Origin: Lophium mytilinum
Lineage: Eukaryota
NCBI GenBank assembly: GCA_010093605.1
Contig: MU004182.1
Span: forward strand, 2,713,195 to 2,777,194
Reading direction: 5' to 3'
DNA: 64,000 bases
The notes under the pieces are model-generated. The model did not search any database. It was given only the letters and a program-made list of their open reading frames with translations, and had not been told where the DNA came from. The translations under genes and the position numbers were made by a program. Below are positions 27,048 to 37,800 of the stretch, piece after piece. The stretch's first letter is position 1. Every line of letters starts with the position of its first letter.

Positions 27048-28959
27048 TTAACTGGGCAGCGCCATGTCCACACAGGAACGAACGCAGTCCGGAATGGGGA
27101 GTCGCTTTGCCATCAGCAGTGCGACCACGTTCGGCGCGATCTCTCGATCTGCTTCTCGAGTGGGGTCAAAGAGGGTGATACACTGCCTCCTTCTACCTCC
27201 GGCCCAAGTGGTCGGAGTCCATACGCTTTGAGATAGCCATGCTTCCCAACTTTTGAAGCCCGGAACGTTAGAGGGAACGCAGAAGTTGATGACGCGAGGG
27301 TCGTTGGGATATTCTATGCCGATGGCCCCCTCAAAAGTAGAGAAGAGGATTCCGTTCATGGTTGAGAATTTGGCTAAAGCATACCCAAGGGCTTCGCTGG
27401 GCATGTTGTCCTTGATGGTGGCAAGGCAGTTTCGGGGATAGGTCTTAAGAGCTTCGATATAAGCACGCTCGAGCGTATGGTTGTCGGGAAAGAAGATGAT
27501 GACGGGATGTCGAAGGGTTTCAAGGGTGCCGAAGAGTAGGGCTAGCCTATCTTTGAAGGTTCCCGTAGCATGCTCAAATCGGAGAAAGACAGCGTCGACG
27601 GCGTGTTCAGTCCTCATATCTAGGCAACGTGGATATGACGCAGGTCTCCGTGCTTGACGTTGGCAGTTGATGATGCCGGGCCAACCATGCGTGCTGTTGA
27701 GATAGCGGCGTTGAATGCTCCTCGCGGTATCCTCGTCCAGTTCTGGCATTATGATGCTCGTGTGATATCTAGTTGTTTCTTGATGCCGGGAAATTTCACC
27801 CTTGTTCAACTCGAGAAGGTAATCAACGTCTTTGTTGAAAACATCGCTGAAAAGAAGATGACCTTGGTCGAGCACCATAAAAGTTGAGCTCGGAAAAATC
27901 AAACAGCCCTTCAGATACTAGGCATCTGAGTTGTCGCGGGGTGCAGAGTGCGATATTGGCGCATAGAAGTTCTGCGAGTTGTTCCTCGCGACTCATGCCT
28001 CCATGAACCACGGCAACTCGGACGCCCGCCTTCGATCGTGTGGTATGCATATGTAAGGTAGTGAGTGTATTATGGACCAAATTGCCCACTTGAATTAGGC
28101 GAAGCCGAGTAGGTAACAGTACAATCATGCGGGGCTTGCATATACCAGAGCCCATGGAATCGACAGTCGTGAAGTGGTGGGGATTATGGAGCATCCAGTC
28201 TAGCGGAGGGATGAACCAAGTCAAGGTATGGTCGGAGCAGCATGGAGCAAGGAAGAACACGTCCTGACGGTTTGACATGTATGCCTGCAGCTCTTCGACC
28301 TTGCCAGCGACAGCGTGTTTCCCATTGTCCCAATAGAATTGTCGAAGTTTCCCATTTCTGACGGTGTCTTTGTGCTTTGAACGGGTAGGCAGATTGCTGC
28401 AATTGCGCACTGCGCTGATATAATCGGGATCCATGGCCTTGAAGAGACCGTAGGTATCAATACGGGGCCAAGGTGGACTACCCAGACTTCGCAAGTGGGG
28501 ATCTCGCATGGAGGTGGAGATGAATCTGATATCGTCAGTATGACTAATAGACCTGTATAGAGACACTTACAATTTGTCTGCCTCCGCAAAGGTCGTCTGT
28601 TGTCTGATCCTCTCAAACTTTACCCCGTTGTAGGTCGCGATAGCGTTTTCGAGGGCGAATTGCAACCTCATTCTCGAAACTGACGCCTCCATTCTCAGTC
28701 CGCAGTTTGAGGCATAAGGGCCCTCAGTCGCCTGGCCGCCGTCGCGGGCAAAGTTCTTCAGAGCTGCAAGCAATTCTTCGAGGCCTCTGACGGGGTCCCC
28801 AGGGTACCTGTCTTGCTTATAGTCGTAATCATGCCCTAGTAAGTTGAGCAAGTCGTCCGAAGGTCCCGGGATAGATTCGATGTCGATGAACGGCAAGTAC
28901 GAAGACGTAGGATTTGCCATGGTCGGCAGAACGCGAAATGTTTGAGCCGCAAATTCCAC
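27048..28959 (-). pseudogene. Divergent DEAD-box helicase-like gene with dead motifs and a +1 frameshift
   Basis: Intron 28526-28570 joins the first two ORFs. Motif equivalents: LLPTRLRLIQ (Ia), VHGG, CTPRQL (Ib), MVLDQGHLL (II), AIGIEYPNDPRVINF (V). One extra T in AACTTTTATG (27879-27882) separates DFSELNF from MVLDQGH. Confidence 0.75.
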
Positions 28960-30080
28960 AGCCGAGTAGTCTGCTTAAATTGCGCTCCTCCGGCAACTCT
29001 CAATGGATAAGGTCCGAGGTAGCCAAATGAGGTGTTGGACTTTAGGAAGACTGTGAGTTCATGCCCACGCAAGTTACAATGAGATAGGTCGTGGTCCACA
29101 GGACGCCTCGGTACTCGAGATCTATAAATCTCGCACCGAGACGATTCTAGAGGCTTTCAATAAGTGCAGACATGTGGTCACCAGAGAGGTTGTCGTTGCT
29201 GGTGAGGAGAGAAAGAAATAACGTGAGCAGTAGTGCGTTGAAGTAGAGACAAGATTGCGAGATGAGTAAGCCACGTTGGCAAGTGAGAGATACCTTATTT
29301 GCTTATCAGCGATGAATTTTCGCACAAGTGAAGTGCTGCGGGAGGCAGCACCGTGATGCTGCTCGGACGTTAGCAAAAGAAGGCATCTCAGCCTCATCTC
29401 GATGTAGGGGTAGGATCTCTTGATTTAGGCTATGAGCACTTCGTATAGACTCCATCAATATGAAATGCGTAGCTATGTCTAGTCAGTTGACAGTATGGTT
29501 GATTGTTGAGAGATCTCCCGAGCGAAGTCGAATTTCTGCTACGCGATGACTAAAACGGTCTATTTCCAATCTAATTTCATCTCTTCTACATCTATATTTT
29601 GCTACACACTAGGCTGGACATGTAGACACGCGAATATGACAATCCTGCAGGTTCAGTTTTGCTTGCTTAGTACCTCTGTCAGGAGCAGCCCAGGTAGCAC
29701 GTGGCCATTTCAATTTAAGAGTAAGCACGTGACGGTCAAGGGTTAGGATAGTCTCGTTTCAGGGCCCTTACCAACATCCACTGCTCTTTACACAACAACT
29801 TCAGACTATCTCCAAGTCGCTAACCCGTCAGCCAAACTTCCTCTCCAACTGTTCCGTTATGTAGCTAGCATGCTTGATTGCGCTAGATTCGAGTTTTGCT
29901 GACCCTTGGGAAGGCCCTCGCTAGGCGCCAACCTGGGCACCACTCAGCCTGATGTAGTGGGATATGACCCTGCTACTACACGCCACATCCCCTACTACCT
30001 CCCACTCATGTCGATAGGGAAGATCCCCTGATGACATACTCGATCCCTATATACAAGATCAAGATTTCGTCCCCTAGAAT

Positions 30081-30550
30081 ATGGATCATCTTCCGAGCCC
30101 GCTCTCTCCCGCCGTTGAACCAATAGAGATACCTCTCGTTGCGAAGATTAGCTACGAGGGAAACTTCGCTGACATTCCTCGACAATATGGTTTCTTCAAA
30201 GAGGATGAAGATATTCTAGACATTTCGATCCCACCACTTGAGTTCGCCTCGTTCCTCCAATCATGGCTTTGGTTTGGAGTCATCTCCACGTTTGCTGAGC
30301 GGCGTATCCACCCGGACAAGAATGAGTTCTCTCGTTGAAAAAATTCTAGCACCGGAAGCAGGCGAACTTTATGTCAAAGGGTTATCTTGGATACCACCGC
30401 ATTGAAACCGTTACTAGAAAACCTAGTGTCCATGGAATGAGAACTACATGTTCTCAGGACAAGCGCTCGTAGAAGTCTATCGATACAATGCGAACCAGCT
30501 GCTGTATTCTACGCTTAGCGTGCTAGGTCAAAAAGTCTCTTGAAGCATAT
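30081..30550 (+). pseudogene. Truncated remnant resembling the N-terminus of fungal HET-domain proteins
   Basis: MDHLPSP..IPLV...YEGNFADIPRQYG...FLQSWLWFGVI pattern, stop at 30336-30338, and a scrap LLYSTLSVLGQ at ~30500-30532. The HET domain itself is absent. Confidence 0.55.
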
Positions 30551-30804
30551 AGACGTTCGCCTTTGGTCTTACTACAAACCTGGAGTACCCCTTGGCGATG
30601 CGAAACAGCCGCTATGGTAACGTGATTAATAGCCCTACTGTTCTTAGTGAATGAAGATCTGTACTTACCTAGAGATGTCCTGTCCGTGCCTGATGGAAAC
30701 CAGAAGAAGAGCGTAACAGGTTTGAAGGCGCCGCCAGGCAGTGGGCGTGTGCGCCCAGGCCATCATATTCACCTTTATTCCACAATTCAAGTCTCCAACT
30801 GAAG

Positions 30805-30810
30805 TATAAA
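30805..30810 (+). promoter_or_regulatory. Probable TATA box of the 30923 gene
   Basis: TATAAA about 115 bp upstream of the ATG, followed by a C/A-rich leader and tcaaccATG context. Confidence 0.55.
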
Positions 30811-30922
30811 ATCCCTAGTCTCCAAAGCAGGCTCGCTCCAAATCACATACATCTTCCTCAACCCCCACACCGACTCCCACTCAACCAACCTGCCAAACCT
30901 ACACTCAAACCCTCTATCAACC

Positions 30923-31807
30923 ATGTCCACCAACAACACCATCTTCGCCGGCAGCAGCAAGCCTAAGCCCTCTCCCAAGGCGCCCTCACCGCCAAGGGTC
31001 GCCCGTAAATCCTACAAACCCATACTCTACAAGATCAAGCTCCGCACAGCTCTCGACACCTCCTCCGCGCCTCACCTGGATCCGTCCGCCCCTATCTGGA
31101 AAGACCTCCACGCCCTTGTCGAACAAGACGTCTTGAACGACGCCCACGCTCTCACTCTCCAGGTGAAGGACCTGATCCACTCCGCCGAGCCCGACCTCGT
31201 CCTAGAACCCCGCCGCGAGCCCAAAGTCCTCGCTCGCTTCCAAGTGAAGGCGTCGTACGGAGGGCTCGACAACCACGGCAACCCGTCGTTCTCCGAGTTC
31301 AAAGCGGTGAGCGACTGCGTCGCCTTCCGTATTCCGACTGGCGTACCGTGGATGATATCCAATATCCAGCGTCTCGTGGCGGCCATCACGAAGCTGGAAG
31401 GGAAGTACTACATCAAACCGGACAGGAACGGCGGGCAAGTCGAGCTCGTGGACGGGCTGGTGTTGAGGACGAGCATGTCGAGGGATCTGTGCTGCTTCAT
31501 CTACGCGTATCTCCCGGGTATTGGCCATATCATCGAGTTTCAGGTGAACCATCCGTTCGCGAGCTTCACGTTTAGCCGGGATTCGTATCTTCGCGATCAC
31601 CCGGAGGACGAGGACAAGTTGGCGGATCTTTGGGAGGAGGACTTTTATACGACTGTGCGGGATATCTTGGTCAAGTCGCTGCAGCCGACGGAGAAGGAGA
31701 AGGATCTGGTAAAGGCGAAGTTCCTGAAGCTCTACAAGGGCAAGCAGGCGGATCCGGACCTGATTGACATCTTGGAGGGAGAGGGCTTCTTGGCTCAGCT
31801 AGCTTAG
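30923..31807 (+). CDS. Intronless 294-aa protein with RelA/SpoT (small alarmone synthetase)-like nucleotidyltransferase motifs
   Basis: Intact ORF with high GC3. Ordered motifs R-E-P-K101-x3-R-x3-K109, S-D131-C-V-A-F-R136-I and I-I-E205-F-Q207-V. The gene itself is well supported; the family call is inferred. Confidence 0.6.
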   Translation: MSTNNTIFAGSSKPKPSPKAPSPPRVARKSYKPILYKIKLRTALDTSSAPHLDPSAPIWKDLHALVEQDVLNDAHALTLQVKDLIHSAEPDLVLEPRREPKVLARFQVKASYGGLDNHGNPSFSEFKAVSDCVAFRIPTGVPWMISNIQRLVAAITKLEGKYYIKPDRNGGQVELVDGLVLRTSMSRDLCCFIYAYLPGIGHIIEFQVNHPFASFTFSRDSYLRDHPEDEDKLADLWEEDFYTTVRDILVKSLQPTEKEKDLVKAKFLKLYKGKQADPDLIDILEGEGFLAQLA

Positions 31808-32170
31808 TTGATGAGCCCTGTGGCCATGGAGTCGTCAGCGTCTGGCTTGCTTGGACCATCATTGCTTGGGTCTTGCCCATTTTCGATATGCGACCTAGAT
31901 CAAAGGAGACATAGATGGTCGATCTGGTTCGGTATTAATTTCCTTACCTTTTTTCGTAGTCGGCAATTGGATTCATCTACGGCAGGAAACCGAACGGCGG
32001 TTCCGGAATCCTAGGGCAACTCATAGGGGATGGGGCCTATGTAACATCAATGCACGTTGATGAATTCCTAGCTCTTTTCTTCCATGAACTCGATACCACA
32101 TTGATATTGCTTACGTGCTTGTGATGTTATGGAACAAGGAAAAAGAGATACTTCTCTTACCACTAACCAC

Positions 32171-34062
32171 CTACAACTCATCCTTCCTTCTCACCATCTT
32201 ACTCTCTCTCTGCCTCAGCCTATACAAACCTACGGAATGTCTCGGAATCATAGCCGACCACGTTCCTCCAGGCCCAATACTCCCAACCTTTGAGCCAAGC
32301 AGAGCCGTGTCGTTATTCAACAAGCCTTGTGCATAGCTCGTCGCCGTCGCATTATACCGCGTGAGCGTACTATTCGTATTTACAGTTACATTCATCGCGG
32401 TACCGTTGATGATAGATCCGGCTTCTGCTACGCTCATTCGATTTGCCCAAAGGTCGTAGCTGCGGCATTATTAGCTTCATACTAGATAGGTAATCCGAAT
32501 GTTAGTTTATTCGAGAGTTTGGAAACTTACACATCCCACGTCTTGCTCAGCTGCGGTGGAGCCTGATACGCGCCCGCTGTCCTAGGATCCAGGAAGATGT
32601 CGTTCATGGTGGCGTTCATCATCATGCTTGTGTTTGCGGCGTTCAGCAGCGCGATAACTTGGTCGGTGTTGTTGAGACTGCGGGTCCAGAGCGCAATTTC
32701 ACCTTCGCCTGTCTCGTCTGGGTCGACGAAATACCGCCATTTGCGGACTGCAGCGCTCGCGGAGGGGTCTTGGTTCAGTGCGATTACGGCAGGGTTTGAG
32801 TAGATTGCCAGATTGGCAGGAGAGAGGGTGAGTACGTTGGTGCCTATCAGTAGCGGAGAAGCATTCATTGCCCACATGGAGAAGTGGACTACGTATTCGT
32901 TGTCTGCAACCTTATCAGCTTGGCTTTGAATTGAGCCGGACAAGAAAGTGATCCTTACCGGTCTGACCTCCGTTTCCCACTTCCAGCATATCCATATCGT
33001 TGAAGTACCCAGACATCGTCCGGGACTGAATTGACGCCATCTAGAAACCCGTGTCAGCATCAGTTGCGACCCAATATGTGTCTGAGATCACTCACCTTAT
33101 TCAAGATATTCATCACCGAGCAATGAAACCCCGGCCACGCACACCCAATGGCCTCAGTACACGGGCACCGACTATCCGGTCGATTGAACGAATCATACAC
33201 ATCGCCAGACATTCGACCAGAGTTCGAAATTGTGTATGCCCAGTCGTAAGGGTTATCGTCGCCCCAGTTGCACTTTGAAACGTTAGCCCCAATTTCGTTG
33301 CCCCATCTTCTCTCCTTCGTCAAACGCTTTCTAACGTACCAATGAATACACAATCGGTCTACCCGTCTTGTTCAGGGCCTGGGACATGACGTTATACCTA
33401 CTAAAAGAGATCTGTGCCGTCCCAGACTGACCCTGGTTGAAGCAATTATCGTACTTCAAGTAATCCGCCCCAACGGCAGCGAAGTAGTCTGCGTCTTTCT
33501 GCTCATTCCCCAGTGAGCCAGGATAACGGCCGCATGTAAACACTCCAGCGGAGGAGTACATCCCGAACTTAAGCCCGAGCGAATGGATTGTATCGGCGAC
33601 ATATTTCATTCCCTAAAACCATTAACGTCTACTGCCCTCTCTTCAGCCTAAAATATCAGCACTCACGTGCGGAAACGTCTTCGCTGTTCTAAGTCAGCAT
33701 CAATTCCCCCATCAAAACTCGAATGCTGAGCACAACTCACGATTCTCAACCAGATACCCACTCTCATTCCGCCCAACGGACCAACAATCATCCAGCACGA
33801 TATACTGATACCCCAAATCTCTCAACCCATACTGCACCATCCTCTCCGCCGTCTGCAGCAACAACGTCTCATTAACATCGCACCCAAACGCATTCCAATT
33901 ATCCCACCCCATCTGCGGCACGAGATTGAGCCCGTTGTACGACGACGCGCCGGGAATAACAACAGTACCGTCAGCCGTGATATACGACGCAGCGAAATCG
34001 CAAATCAATAACAAAGAGACGAGAGGAACGAGACGGGAGGGGGGATGAATCTTGGTAAACAT
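32171..34062 (-). CDS. GH27 alpha-galactosidase (AglB-like), signal peptide and C-terminal KDEL; 7 exons
   Basis: [39 protein letters not shown] and [12 protein letters not shown]. 17-nt micro-exon 33667-33683 (PKTFPH). Ends RRKDEL*. Confidence 0.95.
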
Positions 34063-34879
34063 AGCTCCAAAACACCCTCGCTGAAGCAATGGGTAAAACT
34101 TCGCTGCGGGGGGATCACACGCGTAATATGGAGGCACGGCGACCCCTCTTATATCTACCTTCCGCGCTCACTGACTCCATCCTCGCGACACATCGAGCCA
34201 GCAGATCGGGAGGCTAGTAGGAAGGGGGGATGTTGAGGTTGAGCGGGGACTGTTGTACCGCTGGTACGGTGCGCCGTCGTCATCGTGTGGAGTCGGTTTG
34301 CGGGGTTGGTGGTATCGCCGGGGAGATCTGGGTTTATCCGGGGTGGGCAGTCCAGCGTCATTGGCGAGAGGCTCTAGGGTGCGGATGTCGGGATGTATTT
34401 CGCAAGGATTTGGAGTTGTTTTGATAGTGGAGAGAAGAGGTCGAGGGAGGTTTGGGAATGTGGTTGTCGCTAAGCTTCGAAGGAGAGCTGAGGGGCTGAT
34501 TTAGGACGTCTGGGGATGGAGGGGGGATTAGGCTTGGAATCCATTCTGTACTAATGTGCAAATGATAAGATGAAATGTTGACTAGTCAAAGCATTGGAAA
34601 GAACCCTCTCGGTCGTTACTCTCCACATTCTCATCCGCAAATGTTACCTTCTCGTGACACCGCATGTTGAATGACGTTGGTAATTCTGACAGAAGAGGAG
34701 ATGCATCCTCTTGCACTACCACTACCACGGAGATATTGCACCAATTGAAGAGCAGCAGTTCTAGCACTCTCAAGCCAATCAGGAGTTCACATTGATATAC
34801 TACAAATGCACCATATACACAAGGACGGCGGTTCGCAACCCAGCAATCCCTACCACACCCACATATATAAATACACACC

Positions 34880-37800
34880 CTACCACAGAACCTCTGTATG
34901 CACAACCCGCCCCTCCTCCCTACTACTCTCTTGCTCTTCTACCCCTTCTTTCCCCTCGCTGGTCTCACTGCCCTTCTTCACCCAATCCCCTGTAATATTT
35001 ACGCCCCTCCAAACCCTCGCAAACCTCTTCGCCGCCCCCTCGTCCTCAAACTCCACCACATACCGCCCCCACACCTTCTTCTTGAGGGCATACAAACCCT
35101 CCCGCAAATGTTCTTCCTGCATCTCCGGTCCGGTGCCCCTCTCACCACCCGCGCCAAGCGAGGTGTTAGAGTTCCAAACGCTAAGATCACCGCCAAACGA
35201 GTCGTTAGACTGCAAGACGCTCAAATCAACGCCAAACGTCGCCTGCATCGCCATCTCGCTCTCGCTCTGGACCTGGGCATCGCCAAGCATAGCTTCCGAC
35301 TGGCTAACGCTGCGGCCGTAAGACCCCGCGCTCGCTTTTCGCTGGGCGAGTGTCTCGAAACCGATGATATCGCTGAGGCTGAGCACGCCCCTTAGCCCAT
35401 CGGAGACGGGCCAGAGGATCCCGCGGCGGAAGCCGTCATGCCTGATGGCGTTGTACAGTCCGCGCCGCCCGACGTCGCGGCCGACGAGTTGCACCAGCAC
35501 GCGGCGGCCGACGTGACCGTTCTTGTCCACGACGCCTCGGTAGCCGCCTTCGCGGACGAGGCTGGCGAGCAAGGACTTGAAGGGGGTGGCTGAGACATTC
35601 AGGTGGAGGTTGAGGCCCGGAACTGCAAGCGCGTAGCTCTTGACGACTTCATCAATATCCTCGCCTTCTTCGTGGAAGCCGGGGGGCGGGGGGATGGCGT
35701 CGAAGACGGAGTTTTGGGTGTGCATGGACGCGAGCTTGTGGATGCGGGCTGCGTTTCTCTGGTATGCGAGGGCGGCACCGGGGGAGGAGAAGAAGAGGTA
35801 GTAGTGACTTTGCCGCTCTAGGCTTGCGGGGTCACGGCCGGGAACAATGCGAGCGATGCCGCCGGTTTTCTGATTGCTCCACTGCGGGATGTGAGCCCCG
35901 TGTGGGACAAGGCGGTGGAAGTCGGCTTCTGTGAGGGTGGTCGAGGCGTTGCTGAGCAAGAGGACTGTAGTGGAGTAGTCACCGGGGAGGATGTTGCCGT
36001 CAGCAGCCGAAGTTTGGAGTTTCGCTGCATGAGCTTGAGATGACGCTTGCGCCGGAGTTGTGTCAGACGCAATAGATGCTGCGACATTGCGAACGAGGCT
36101 GCGTTCGGGTTCGCGCTTGGATGACTTGGAGCCGGGTTTTGGTCCTTGACGGGAGTCCGGTAGAGTAGGTTGTCCACGCTTAGATGACGTAGAGCTGACT
36201 TTTGGTACTTGGCGGGAGTCGGGTAGAGTTGGTTGTGTCTGCTTTAGAGTTTCGGGAAAAAGCTCTTCGAGGAGGGAAACGTCGGGGGGTTCGTTTGACG
36301 GCGGCGACTGGGCCGGAGCATCAGATTCAGGGCTGGCTATGGTAGAGCTCCCGTTTACGAGTCTCCCGTTCTCGAATTTCGCCTGAGAAAGAACTGAGTC
36401 TGTCTGGGCCTGGACCAACTGGGGAATCTGCATATGCAATTCCTCCTTCAAATACCGGGCAATTTCTACCTTTGTCAGCCTTCTCACTAGCTCTTCGACC
36501 AAAGCAACCGTATCCTGTGCTGCCAAAGGGTCTTTGATGGCCAGTCTCCGGACTAGCGGTTCCTTGCTAGCCCTCAAGACTTCTGAATCTGTGTCGCTAC
36601 TCTGCGGGCGGTTCCCGATCATCGAAGGCTGTGGGACAGGCTTGTGGTGCTCAATCTCATCTCTTGAACGTGCGGTTGACCACCCATCAACAAGGGAGTC
36701 GAGCGGTTGATCGTTAGCCGTCACCGCCTTCCCTCTACCGCTGAATCCTCGAGGTTGCGGGAGTGGCTTGTGGGTCCCAATGCCATTGCTCGGACGTGAA
36801 ATTGACCTTTTGCCAGCCGGAGATTCCTCTGACGCAGTTCGAGATACCGCTCTCTTCACGGGGGACGCCACTTGGTCTGCTCTATGCATCGTCTGCCCCT
36901 GCTTGAGTGAAGGTGCGATCTTTAGAAGCCTCTGGAATGATTCGCTTCGCTGTGCGCTGACGTGCATGCGCCCTAGCTGTCGTTCAACCCTGGCAAGAAA
37001 AGTTTCACTGGCACGAAGTTTGAATTCTGTACTGCGAACTGCCCTTGCACCAACGGAAAGCTCTAAGTATTCAGCCAAGGCTTTCCACCGCGAGAGGCGC
37101 TCATCGGCCCAAACTAATGATGCGCTGGCCTCAGCTATCACGGCTTGCGCAGGCGACACTATCAAGCCTGCTGCTTTGTGACTTCTGATAAAGCGCGCTT
37201 CTAAAAAGGATGAACAAAGGCCGATGGTCTCGGTAAGACTGATACGTGCCTCAAAACAAAGTCGTAGTAGTTCCGATTTACCGGGCGAATTAGCTACGGC
37301 CTGCAACGACCCGCGCACGTGTTTAAGAGATTGCCTTAATATGAAACCCGTGCGCTTGACCTCACGTACGGCTTGCGTCAACGCGGCGTCGGTCGGTGAT
37401 AGACTCTGCGAGGGATGGGGAAGAGCCATTGAGTGACTTGGCGAAGAGACTGGGCTATGCATCTTCTGTAGACTTTCCTTGCCGGCGTACATGGAACGTT
37501 GAGTTTTGCGAGGCTCTTGTTCCGCCATAATGATCTTCTTCTCACTCTCAGGTGTCAACAACCGCTCAATATACTCTCGCGCGTCTCCGATCTTAGAACC
37601 GAGGTCCTTTGCCAGCTTTTCACCGCTCCATATAGCGGCTTCGGTAGGCGACAATCGAGACATTATCTGCGCGGTGACGAAGTCCTGGCACATCATCCAG
37701 ATCTCTTGGCTGGTGGATTCTGCCTTGGAGCATAGCTCTAGCATGTCGGATTTGTCCAGACGGTCGTCTAGAACATGCAGCACCCGGCGAGTTCGCCTGT

